Part shown: positions 47,263 to 58,278 of the stretch, piece after piece
Position numbering within the stretch: position 1 is the first letter of the stretch
Layout: each line of letters starts with the position of its first letter
Source of the DNA: Cyanidioschyzon merolae
Taxonomy: Eukaryota
DNA: 64,000 bases
Reading direction: 5' to 3' (one strand)
Assembly: GCA_000091205.1 (NCBI GenBank)
Contig: AP006501.2
Program-made: the position numbers and the translations under genes
Notes under the pieces: generated by a model
Databases searched by the model: none
The model's input: the letters and a program-made list of their open reading frames with translations, nothing else
What the model was told of the DNA's origin: nothing

Positions 47263-49188
47263 ATGTTCACGAACGTTGCGACTGGAGCGAGCGAGAGGTT
47301 CACACAGCGAGCGAGCTCTGTGAAAGCTCACTCTGAGAAACCAAGAACGCCTCTGGTCGGCAGACGTCCGAGGGTTGCTCGCTCGCGGCGACCCGGAGCT
47401 GCTGCTGCTGCTGCTGCTGCCTCTTGTTTGCAGGTCCAGCACGGCAAAAGGATACTGAGGCTGGTACTGGTCGGCGGAGGGCATGCTCATTGTCACGTTG
47501 TTCGCGCGCTTCGTCCACAGCAGATAGGCTTCATCGGTGTACTGATTTCCGTAGAGGAGCATGCGCTCTATTCCGGGATGTTACCGGGGAGAATCGCGGG
47601 ACAGTACGAGAAGACAGCCGTGCGCATCGACTTGCTCCAGCTCACGCATACTACGAGTTGGTTATTCCTTCGTGGGCAGGTCGTTGGTATTTGTCATCGG
47701 GAAAAGTGTCTCGAGGTGGAGCTTGTGGCGTCTGGTCCCTATCCAGAGCGTATTCAGTTGTACTACGATGTGCTGTCGATCGATGTAGGGAGCAGCACCC
47801 GCGTTCCAGCAGGTCTAGAAGAAGTACCTTCTCAATTCGTACAATACACGCGACCTATTCTAGATTTGGAGGCTTTTTTCGAAACATCTTGGGGAACAGA
47901 TGTGCCCAGCAGGCAAGTGACAGGGTCCGCGAGCGCATCGCAGCGCGTCCTTGTCATGGGCGGCGGCGCAGCCGGTGCGGAGCTATGTTTCGCGCTGCAC
48001 CGGCGTTGTCAAGTCGTTGGAAAAAGTGCATTTCGCATATATTGGCTGGTGACGGAACCGCAGCCTTTTCCGGCCAAAGTTCAGCAGCTGGTCAGGAAGC
48101 TCGCGCGAGAACGCGGGATCCGTTTGGTTCAGGTCCCGGCTGACGCGCGCTTTCGTTTGGAGCCGAACTCCCCGTGTAAGGTGCAACCAGTCCATGATCT
48201 GAGCGCTACAGACGCGCTTGTCACAGAAGCTCGAGACTCCCGCTTTGTTCTGTCGTGGTCTGCAGATGGGTCGGCGCTCGAGCGTCTAGCCTGCGATGTT
48301 TTGATTCTGGCAACGGGTGCCGCTGCTCCAAAGTGGTTAGCAGAGCAGACGGATTTGGCGGTTTCTCCAGACGGTTTTGTACTCGTCCAACCGACACTAC
48401 AAACTCTGAGCTCTGCTGATGTATTCGCCGCTGGTGACTGCATTGCGTGGAGCGAACACCCCGAGATGCATTTACCCAAAGCCGGTGTGTACGCCGTTCG
48501 CCAGGCACCGATTCTGACGGAGAATTTGCGCTGCCGCTTGGTGCAGCTCATCCAACAACACTTGAAAGAGGAAAGCTCCCGAGAGACACGCAACTGCAGA
48601 TTGCGTGTTTACCGACCTCAGAAACGATATCTTAGCATTTTGAATACTGCTGATGGACATGGGATCGCTTTTCGCGGTCAATGGATGGCATATGGTCGGT
48701 GGGTATGGCTCTGGAAGAATATGCTGGATCTACTCTGGATGGCGAAGTACCCGAAACCTGCGTCCGCCGAGATCTTCAAGGCCGACCAGCACCCAACTTT
48801 GGATGCATCGCATGGCGCTTTGCAGGCTGCAGTTGAAAAGTCGCATGTCGAGCCCGGTAGCTCCCGGCAACGATCACTCCGAGCGCAGGTCGAGTTGGCC
48901 TTGATCCTGTACTTTTGTGCGACTGCAGACGCGTTCCCGCCGAGAAACATCGGTGACGAAGCGCTAGAGGAACAAATTGGGGATCAAGCGACACGCGCCC
49001 TCTTCGAGTCGCTGTGGCAACGAAACGAGCCTGCTGAAGCGTGGCACCGGGAGCTTTCCGTGCTGACTCAACGTCTTCGTCTGCGGGTTCAGTACCCGAT
49101 CGGCGGCAGCGGATTGCAAATAACGCACCAGCAGTTGACCAGACGCAACGAAGAACCTCCGTTGAATGACTCTGGATGCAATCGCTAA
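47263..49188 (+). CDS. FAD/NAD(P)-binding pyridine-nucleotide-disulfide oxidoreductase (NDH-2-like; related to the oxidoreductase domain that is fused to SelD in cyanobacteria). It has an N-terminal presequence of about 60 aa.
   Basis: LRLVLVGGGHAHCHVV...YSGMLPGRIAG is the dinucleotide fold characteristic of the NDH-2/SelD-associated oxidoreductase family. A second Rossmann motif (VLVMGGGAAGAE) and a C-terminal FAD region (ADVFAAGDCIAW) are also present. Confidence 0.65.
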   Translation: MFTNVATGASERFTQRASSVKAHSEKPRTPLVGRRPRVARSRRPGAAAAAAAASCLQVQHGKRILRLVLVGGGHAHCHVVRALRPQQIGFIGVLISVEEHALYSGMLPGRIAGQYEKTAVRIDLLQLTHTTSWLFLRGQVVGICHREKCLEVELVASGPYPERIQLYYDVLSIDVGSSTRVPAGLEEVPSQFVQYTRPILDLEAFFETSWGTDVPSRQVTGSASASQRVLVMGGGAAGAELCFALHRRCQVVGKSAFRIYWLVTEPQPFPAKVQQLVRKLARERGIRLVQVPADARFRLEPNSPCKVQPVHDLSATDALVTEARDSRFVLSWSADGSALERLACDVLILATGAAAPKWLAEQTDLAVSPDGFVLVQPTLQTLSSADVFAAGDCIAWSEHPEMHLPKAGVYAVRQAPILTENLRCRLVQLIQQHLKEESSRETRNCRLRVYRPQKRYLSILNTADGHGIAFRGQWMAYGRWVWLWKNMLDLLWMAKYPKPASAEIFKADQHPTLDASHGALQAAVEKSHVEPGSSRQRSLRAQVELALILYFCATADAFPPRNIGDEALEEQIGDQATRALFESLWQRNEPAEAWHRELSVLTQRLRLRVQYPIGGSGLQITHQQLTRRNEEPPLNDSGCNR

Positions 49189-49519
49189 TGATAAAGTGGC
49201 GTTTAGGGCGATCAAGCAGGACATCGACCAAGAAACAGCACGTACGTGTACATGCGCATGTTGTGAATCGTTCTGTCGCATGCGCGATGCAGACATGGAT
49301 CACTGGAATTCTGGATAATCCCTATTTCTGAAAGAGTGAACAAACCCTTTCCCAGGCTGTTATCTCGTGCAGATGATTTCGGCGCAGTACCCATGTGCAG
49401 CGGCACCGATGCACACATTCTCCCGAGCTACAAGATGCCGCGGTGCGCAGTGCCGTTCATTGCGCATGCACGAACGTCGCTGATGAGGCGTTATGAAAGC
49501 ATCCGCCAAGGACGAAGCT

Positions 49520-50191
49520 TCAGAGGCGCTTGAGACTCCGACGCTTCTCGCGCATGCTTGCGCTCATGGCGCCTTGGTTTCCGAGGCCAAAACCACTGGG
49601 ACTCGAGTGGTGCTTCGAACCGGGTGTTGTTCCGGGAGTCTTGCGTTCGCTGGCAGGCCAGGATTTGGGTGCCATGTCCTCGCGTGTTGCAGCGGCACCG
49701 CCGCCACCAGTCCGCGGGGAGGCATGGACTTCCGTCCAGATTCGAGCTCGCGCTGCGAATGCTGCATAGTCCTCGAGTAAGAGTCGACCGGCTTCCTCAT
49801 TCAAGGCGCTCTCTGGATTCGGATCAATGAGCAGACATCGTATTACCGTGAGGACGTGCCGAATCCCATAGCTGCTCTGCCAATCGCGTTTCAGAGTATT
49901 GACGCAGATATCCCCCTGTTCGCTAACGTTGGGATGAAAGATTTTCGTCAAAAAGTAACCCCGAGGCGGCTGGTATGGGTACTCTCCAGAGAGTACGAGC
50001 TTGACTCGAAAGGAACCTGCTTCATATGGAGTATCCTCCGGACCGGTTATGACAGCATGGAGCTCGGTCAAAACGTCTTGACCGCTGTCGTTCAACAGCT
50101 CGACGCCGTGCACCGGTTCATCCCTCAAGCTCTGTACTTCCCGAAAGAGTCTCGTGATGACGCCTGGGGGTAGGTTCTCGCACAACGACAT
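49520..50191 (-). CDS. UBE2S: Ubiquitin-conjugating enzyme E2, UBE2S/UBC22-type (223 aa), with a basic C-terminal tail.
   Basis: [64 protein letters not shown] is almost colinear with UBE2S ([64 protein letters not shown]). The HPN motif and the catalytic Cys are present. Confidence 0.88.
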   Translation of the reverse strand: [223 protein letters not shown]

Positions 50192-50704
50192 GTTGATTTT
50201 TCAAGTACAGTGAAATCGATACGCGTTCCGAGCGTTGCAGCACCAGACGTTTCCCAGACGGAACGACACAATTCACGACCTGGTCGCACAGGCAGCAGAC
50301 TCGAACACACACACACGCACAGCAGGTACACGACGTCTCGCTGAGAGCCGCTATTGAATGCAAGCCCAGGTACCAAGCAGACCTGGTACACGGTGCCGTG
50401 CGCTTGCGGTCGTTGACTGCAAACCGCAACAGCCGTGCCCAAGACCGTTGGCGAACACCCAAGTCCTTGCGTAAACGAACGTGCTCTGCTTGCCGCACGT
50501 CAGTTGCGTAAGACCCTGTTGTAGACGACTGCCGACGGGATCGAGCACCCTGCGATCGTTGATGCGATTTTCGTAACCGCCGTTGCGAATCGAGCGTGTG
50601 GACGGGGCTTGCACTTGTGGGAAGTACGCTTGCCGTTTACAAGTAGAGGAATAGGATCGGAGGTTTGGATCTTGAATTTTAGGAAACAGACGGCAATTTT
50701 GTGT

Positions 50705-52078
50705 CCTCTACCCGTGTTCGTACAAAATGGAACGGGTGCGCGAACACAGGGGTGCACGCTAGAGCCTTGGTCTCTAGCTAGTGGTATCGACACCAGCGTC
50801 TGTGGCAACGCTGTGTGCGTGCTTCCTTTTCTGTTCACTTTCATGCGGTTGTATATTCTCCAGTGTACCCTTTTTTTGCAGATCCGTTCATAGCAGTCGA
50901 GAGACACTGCTAGTACTCTGAAAGTCCCAATATCGCTGGTCTCGGATGCCGTTCTCGCACCCTAGGCATAGAATGTCGTTGCGATCTAGACGCTGCATGC
51001 GAGAGTCATCGCCTTCGCATACAGACAGAGTGTACCACGCTCAGCGGTGACACGTCGCGGTACTCAGGGATTCCCGTATACCCACAATGCATCCCGTTCC
51101 GAAGCGCCGCCCTGTGCCGCGTGAGCACTTCCTTCGCCGTTCCGTGCATGTTGTTGACTGGTAAAGAAGGCTTCTGTCGATGCCTTCCTCCATTCCTGTG
51201 CCCGGTGACATGCACGATGATCACGGGCTCCATCTGGACGATTCCCGCGGCGAGTACGCTACCCGCTGGGCACGCAAGCGCACGCTGCTCCATGCGGTAG
51301 CGCAGCCATGGAATGCAGTATTGCCCGTGATGAAACAAGCACCTGAATGGAACTCCAGAATCGGGATCCAGGCGAGAAATCCAGGACGGTCCACGCTGCC
51401 TTCGTATGCGGCCGTGACGCGCTCATTAGTGGAACCGGTTGCGGCGATGACTGCAGCCCTCGTCCAGGACGCTATTCCATGCAAGCGGAATGCACAGAAG
51501 CTTCTGGGACCATACTTCGTGATGGGCAATGCTTGTGTCGGATCTCGGTTCGACGATAGCCACGGAGAGCGGCGGCTTTGTTTTTTCCAAATGGAACAGG
51601 CTTCCTGACGTAAGCGGTTCCATGAACTCGCCGCATGAGCCTGTGAATACGTCGCCAGCGGACATCGTCGCGTATTTTGTTTCCTCGTCAATCCAGAGAT
51701 CCGCATTGCTGCGTCCACGAGTTGCCTGAAACAGACACATCGAACACCTTGAAGAATGCGTGATTGACGCAGAGGCCAGGCAAGCAATCGAGAGGAATCG
51801 AGGCGACTGCACATGCGTGGATGATGGTATTGTTTTAATGATGCGAAACCCGTGATCGACGGCGCTGGAACTCATCATGATTCCGGTGGTGAAATCGAAT
51901 TGCAGCGTCAGGGAATCGAAGGAGCCTCCACGAAAACACGACCGAAAATATAAAATTCCGCATGCATCCCCAAGCTCTTGTTGCTCTACCTTGAACGTTG
52001 ATGCAGCCCAAGTAAAAAAGATCGAAAAATATCGAAAGATAGACGCAAAGCGTCTAATCCAATCGTCGATTTTACACC
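50705..52078. repeat. Left arm of a large inverted repeat (about 1.37 kb) whose partner is 54587..55959.
   Basis: The reverse complement matches the right arm almost base-for-base. Identical ORF translations appear on opposite strands: 51221..51814(-) equals 54850..55443(+), and 51877..52092(+) equals 54584..54787(-). Only a few mismatches and single-base indels were seen. Confidence 0.9.
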
Positions 52079-53954
52079 AACATAGCTTCTAGCGAGCGCG
52101 TTCCTCATACCAACTGAGCACACACATAATCGCCCGCAAGGACGACGACACCGGTATGATCAGTAAAGCGATAAGCATTCTAGGACCATAGAGTCTATAT
52201 ATACAATCACTTACAGACGGCTCCTGGGCTTTTTCTGACCGGCCGAGTACTATCGGGTTCAGTTTCTCCCTGTACGCTTCGATCCTGAGAGTCTGACCCA
52301 TAAAGTTGGATCGCCTCAGCTCCTCGTGTCTCGTCTCCAGCGCCGCACATCGTCTGATACTGGTGGCCGCGTTGAACTCTCGGTTTTGCGAACGCTTTGC
52401 ATTTATTGACGCTACTTGAATGTACGTTTGGAACGATTGCCCGCACTCGTGCCCTCTGTGTCACCACAGTCTCGTCATTGTTCCGTCGGCCAAACACCTT
52501 TTCTCGTCTATCTTCCTATTCTGCTTCTGCTTCACATCCCCTTCTTCGCTAGCTGGTCGACGAGATGATGATATTTTCGATTTTTTGTCGAACCCGGCGA
52601 CACAGGACCTCAAGGATCCTCGACTTTCATATCCATACGGATCCCTTAGATTTTTTATTTCTTCAAAATGAGTACATTTATTGGTGCCTTTAGGCGAGTA
52701 TATTCCAGGAATATAAAGCACTTGCATAAGAAACACGTAATGTACCCCAGTGTCACCATGTGCTGGACGCTTCAGCGATTCGCTCAAGGGAGCTATCATT
52801 ACGTTTCACCATACAAAACACCCCTTCTATGAGGTCTAAACACGCAGAGCGCGGAAGAATGAAACGCAGCAGTATACCGCTAGAATCCGAAGAAAGCTAG
52901 AACGCAAGGACAATGGTGAAATACTACATTGTCCAATAGGAGGGCGTCGCCAGACCTCAGGAGAAGGTCTTCAATGATTCGACAAAGTGGTTGGTGCTGT
53001 TGGATGAGCCTTCTCGACGAGCGAAACTGAGGCCGCCAAATGAGTCTACCACGCCTAGCACGGATGATGTCGTCGTTTTCTTCAATTTTACGATCTTACA
53101 TACAACGAGCTCCCTCTCCCTGAATACCCAAACGCTCTACGACCGTTTCACCCGAAGCAAGTCTCATCGACTGAAAACACAAACCTACGTCCCTGTGCTT
53201 CATACCGATCGCAACGTTCCAAGAACGCTGTCACTGCTATTTAGGTGGAATATAATCGTAGGTGAAATTGGATTTTTGGGATTGTATCCTAGTGCTTGTC
53301 GAACTACACGAACAAGCTGTTCAGAGACAGAGACGCCCTTAGTGGCTACCATCGTGACTTTCGCTTTCTGTACGGTGGTCAACAGGTCGTTCTCTACCAC
53401 TGGCCGCTAGCAGTCTTTGAGAATAACCGTTTTTGGCACGGAGCACTGATACTTCTCTCTTTCAATGTCCCTCAACCATAAGAGTACTTTGGTATGACTG
53501 ACCTTATGAAAGAATGCAATTCTCCTTGCACTTTTCAGTAAATCACGTATCCTACATTGAATTCGTCCACGATTTAAACGGTACACTGCATCGTGCTTTC
53601 AATTTCCTGCTCGATGCACTGGAAAAAAAGCATTCGATGACAGGCAGCAGTTGTGGAGCACATCTGAGCTGAATGTGAAGTTAAGATACGAAGCATGCAC
53701 CGCGCGTGCGAACATTTGAAGATGGCGCTCGTGGCTACCCGCCTCGAGTACAGGTCAGGTCATCGCTCAGGCCGTTGCACACTGGCTACGCGCTTGACGT
53801 GCGGGCAAAGAACTGGAAACCGAGGTTCACTGGTGAGTGCACAACTTTCGTCGTTCGATTAAAAGGAACTTGAGAAGCGCGCACGTGACGACCGGTTTGG
53901 CGTCGCCTTCGGAGACGCTTCACCAGGGCGATATCTGCTCCTAGATGGTTATCG

Positions 53955-54557
53955 GTGATGACTCTTTCGGGAGCGTCGTCGTCTAAGGAAGCCCGCTTGC
54001 GGAGCCTTCTGCTCAGCTATGAAGACGCTGAACGCAAGCGAGGAAACCCGGTTCCCTGGCTGAAAACGGAGGAGTTGCGGTCACTCCTGGAGACTGCCGG
54101 CGGGGAGCGGCGCGTCATTCTTATTGACGTTCGTGAAGAGCCGGAGCGTCGGGTCTCTGTCCTTAGAGGCGCGCTCTCGCCTGCACAGATAGAAGGGCTC
54201 TTGAATACCCCAACGACGAGTGAGAACAGTGCCGCGCGGAACAACCTCTCCACGGATACGATGCTTCTGGTTCCGTACTGCACTGCCGGCGTCCGCAGCG
54301 CAGCATACGCCAAATCCCTAATGGCGCAGTACCCTCAATGGGCCGCATGCGTTCGGAACGGAGAGGGTATTATCCGTGCAACTTACGTGATTCCCGAATA
54401 TATTGTGGATCCTGTATCTGGGAAACCCACGAGCAGCGTGCACGCTTATGGGGCAAAATGGGATCTCGCGGCGCCATCGTTCGAAACCGTCCTCTTTTCG
54501 CAGTGGGAGCGACTAGCGCGCACCCTGCGCCCGCCGAGTGGTCGTCTGCATCTGTGA
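53955..54557 (+). CDS. Rhodanese-like (sulfurtransferase / Cdc25-type CX5R) domain protein of 200 aa, lying inside the spacer between the inverted-repeat arms.
   Basis: RVILIDVREEPERRVSVLRGAL..........LLVPYCTAGVRSAAYAKSLM gives the rhodanese layout, with the active-site loop C-T-A-G-V-R-S (Cys-X5-Arg). Confidence 0.55.
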   Translation: MMTLSGASSSKEARLRSLLLSYEDAERKRGNPVPWLKTEELRSLLETAGGERRVILIDVREEPERRVSVLRGALSPAQIEGLLNTPTTSENSAARNNLSTDTMLLVPYCTAGVRSAAYAKSLMAQYPQWAACVRNGEGIIRATYVIPEYIVDPVSGKPTSSVHAYGAKWDLAAPSFETVLFSQWERLARTLRPPSGRLHL

Positions 54558-54586
54558 CGGCACCAGTACCTTAGGGCCCGTTATCA

Positions 54587-55959
54587 GGTGAAAATCGACG
54601 ATTGGATTAGACGCTTTGCGTCTATCTTTCGATATTTTTCGATCTTTTTTACTTGGGCTGCATCAACGTTCAAGGTAGAGCAACAAGAGCTTGGGGATGC
54701 ATGCGGAATTTTATATTTTCGGTCGTGTTTTCGTGGAGGCTCCTTCGATTCCCTGACGCTGCAATTCGATTTCACCACCGGAATCATGATGAGTTCCAGC
54801 GCCGTCGATCACGGGTTTCGCATCATTAAAACAATACCATCATCCACGCATGTGCAGTCGCCTCGATTCCTCTCGATTGCTTGCCTGGCCTCTGCGTCAA
54901 TCACGCATTCTTCAAGGTGTTCGATGTGTCTGTTTCAGGCAACTCGTGGACGCAGCAATGCGGATCTCTGGATTGACGAGGAAACAAAATACGCGACGAT
55001 GTCCGCTGGCGACGTATTCACAGGCTCATGCGGCGAGTTCATGGAACCGCTTACGTCAGGAAGCCTGTTCCATTTGGAAAAAACAAAGCCGCCGCTCTCC
55101 GTGGCTATCGTCGAACCGAGATCCGACACAAGCATTGCCCATCACGAAGTATGGTCCCAGAAGCTTCTGTGCATTCCGCTTGCATGGAATAGCGTCCTGG
55201 ACGAGGGCTGCAGTCATCGCCGCAACCGGTTCCACTAATGAGCGCGTCACGGCCGCATACGAAGGCAGCGTGGACCGTCCTGGATTTCTCGCCTGGATCC
55301 CGATTCTGGAGTTCCATTCAGGTGCTTGTTTCATCACGGGCAATACTGCATTCCATGGCTGCGCTACCGCATGGAGCAGCGTGCGCTTGCGTGCCCAGCA
55401 GATAGCGTACTCGCCGCGGGAATCGTCCAGAAGGAGCCCGTGATCATCGTGCATGTCACCGGGCACAGGAACGGAGGAAGGCATCGACAGAAGCCTTCTT
55501 TACCAGTCAACAACATGCACGGAACGGCGAAGGAAGTGCTCACGCGGCACAGGGCGGCGCTTCGGAACGGGATGCATTGTGGGTATACGGGAATCCCTGA
55601 GTACCGCGACGTGTCACCGCTGAGCGTGGTACACTCTGTCTGTATGCGAAGGCGATGACTCTCGCATGCAGCGTCTAGATCGCAACGACATTCTATGCCT
55701 AGGGTGCGAGAACGGCATCCGAAACCAGCGATATTGGGACTTTCAGAGTACTAGCAGTGTCTCTCGACTGCTATGAACGGATCTGCAAAAAAAAGGTACA
55801 CTGGAGAATATACAACCGCATGAAAGTGAACAGAAAAGGAAGCACGCACACAGCGTTGCCACAGACGCTGGTGTCGATACCACTAGCTAGAGACCAAGGC
55901 TCTAGCGTGCACCCCTGTGTTCGCGCACCCGTTCCATTTGGTACGAACACGGGTAGAGG
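54587..55959. repeat. Right arm of the inverted repeat; partner is 50705..52078.
   Basis: See the left arm. Identity ends at gggtagagg (55951-55959) on this side and at cctctaccc (50705-50713) on the other. Confidence 0.9.
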
Positions 55960-56307
55960 CTCAAGTGTACGAAAAATTCGCACAGCTCCTGTGCCGAAGA
56001 TTATATATATACCTAAAAATACATTTTAATTCCAATTTATACAGGTTCTGCAAGTCGACCTCGTCGACCACACGGCACCATCGGCGCGCGCACTGACGAA
56101 CACGTGGCTCAACTGCAGCGTCCGCATGTCGGCCGCATCTGCACAACGCCGCTGCATTTCAAAACGAGCCAGCAGCGCTCCTGGCATGGGACGTCTGCAT
56201 CGCCGCTTCGTTGCGACGTGGCAACGCCTGCGCGAACCCGAGAACGGGACGCGAGGTGCTCACGCGTGCGCCGCGAGCGCTCCTCTGTGAACAGCTTACC
56301 TCGTTGA

Positions 56308-56913
56308 GTGATCTTTTGCGTCTTCTTGACTTGTACAATGGATACCTCGCTCGTTTTCAGTAGCTCAGCTGACGTTTTCGGTGTGGACGTTAGGTACACG
56401 TACAAAGTTGATGACAAAACGAACTTTGTACTGCGTGGACTAGCGAACAAAGAAAAGCCTAAACCTTTCGATCACCACTCGGGAGAGTATATCCGGGGTT
56501 GCCTGGTGCATCACTTCCGCACCGTTCCCGACTGGCCAGTGGATGTGAAGCTAATTGCCTGGGCTGCGCAGGGTAAGAACCAAGACCGCTGGGGCGTTAA
56601 AGCCGTCGCTATGAAAACGCTCGCCGTTGATGAAGATACAAAAGCAGAAGCGCGTTTGGTGTTTTCAAATCGCCCCCTAGCGGAGAACCGCAATAGTCTG
56701 CTCTATGGAACGCTGAAACGTACCTTCCGTATTGCCGACGATGAATGGGTGGGCGGCCTCCAGTGTCGCACGGACGGACGTTGCGTTCTCGGGGTTCGGA
56801 ACGGAATGCTGAGCGTCCAAAAAGTGCTTTCCCAGGGTGGACCGACTGGTGAGCCTGGCGAGTGGCGGGCCAAGTACTCTCTCAGTGGTAATGCACCTAG
56901 GCTCTTCTTCTAA
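56308..56913 (+). CDS. Hypothetical protein (201 aa) with no recognisable domain.
   Basis: A stand-alone ORF in an otherwise gene-free stretch, with no homology that I can recognise. It may be spurious in GC-rich DNA. Confidence 0.25.
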   Translation: MIFCVFLTCTMDTSLVFSSSADVFGVDVRYTYKVDDKTNFVLRGLANKEKPKPFDHHSGEYIRGCLVHHFRTVPDWPVDVKLIAWAAQGKNQDRWGVKAVAMKTLAVDEDTKAEARLVFSNRPLAENRNSLLYGTLKRTFRIADDEWVGGLQCRTDGRCVLGVRNGMLSVQKVLSQGGPTGEPGEWRAKYSLSGNAPRLFF

Positions 56914-58278
56914 ATAGCGGTGGGAACAAACCTGGGTAAAGCGCACACCCAGATGCGGATGAATTTTCGGGGGCCAGTCTCCAAAGCGATGACCGAGCCG
57001 CTGGCTATGTTTACGAAAGAATGCATTTCACTGGACGCATAGGTCTGGGGGCAACGCCCTGTTTTGTCGAGGAAACGGCGATTATGAGTCGTAAAAAACG
57101 AAAATAAGTCTTATGTTTATGATTGGTGCAATGTTTGCCTGGACGCTTGCCAGAAGACCGTTTTTAAATGAAAATCTGCTCTTCGGGAAAGCATTGGGTA
57201 GCGGTCCTCGACCGAAATCGTGTCGCTCTTGGCAACCCGGGAGTGTCCAGCGGTTGCCGTTGCGGCCTGGTGATCATGCTAGGTAGATGCCATTGACGCA
57301 TCGTATTGGCAACCACATATGCAGCCTCGCATAGCGCTTGTTCGGTACGACATCGGACGCAGGTTGGAACGTTCATAGACTGGGCATCCCGTCGACTAGC
57401 TATACCCATTTGTAAAGGTGCCTAGCTCGCTCAGGTCTGTGGGAGTTTCAGCATTGGTTTGGTCGCAGCGTGCTGTTTTGCACGCCGCTGTGGTTTTACG
57501 CGTGAGTCACTCATCTTGGGCGAGTCTGGTGAATTGTGCTCGCGCTTCCACTGGGCAGTATCCACGCTATGAAAGTACTACCCGCGTGTTCAATAGCATG
57601 CCAAATCAAAACGTAGGATCAACGAGTTTTTTCGGTTGGCAAAAAGCTCTTCCTGGGCCCTTCTTTGGATCCAAAGTACGTCGTCGAGCAGCATACCTGA
57701 TCACTCTTTCGTCAAGGAATTGAACCATACTTGAGATACCTAGGGCATCCTGATACTCGATAGACCGCTTGGACGACGATCACAGCGCCGCCCTCTTCGT
57801 CTGTCTGGGGCCGAGAACCCTGGTCGCAGCGCGCACCTCGCTGGGGGTCATATGCGGAAACTGCAGCCTTCTAGTGCACAATCGGCGCGTGCTCCATCCA
57901 GGCAAATGAGACCCGAACGAACGCCTCTTACAGCGTTATCGGCGTCGATGACGATACCGGCTGTCGCCTGGAGGACATCGGACTCGGCGAAGGAGAGCCC
58001 TGGTAAGACTCATCGATGCTGCTCCATACTGTCAACTGATGCTCAATACGGTTTATCCTTGGTAAGATGCATCGGTGCTGGCCCATGCAACCAAATGGGG
58101 CTCATGACGCTCGTCCGGACGTCATCGACTGCATGTTTCTGCAGCATGATGGACGTTTCCCTCGGACGTGAGCTAAAAATTGCATCACCAGAGGCTGCCG
58201 AGCTCACCTCAAGGATCTGTCGATCGAGAAGCGATCCGCCGTAAGGCGCATCGGCATCGATGGTAGATCCCGGTTGCA

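Noticed and set aside
50705-52078. The ORFs inside the inverted-repeat arms (197, 150 or 216, 142 and 110 aa) considered as real genes.
   Set aside because: They overlap one another in three frames on the same strand and also on both strands, and no domain was recognised. Identical copies in the two arms reflect the repeat rather than selection. They may be a pseudogene or transposon remnant, so they are reported only as a repeat.
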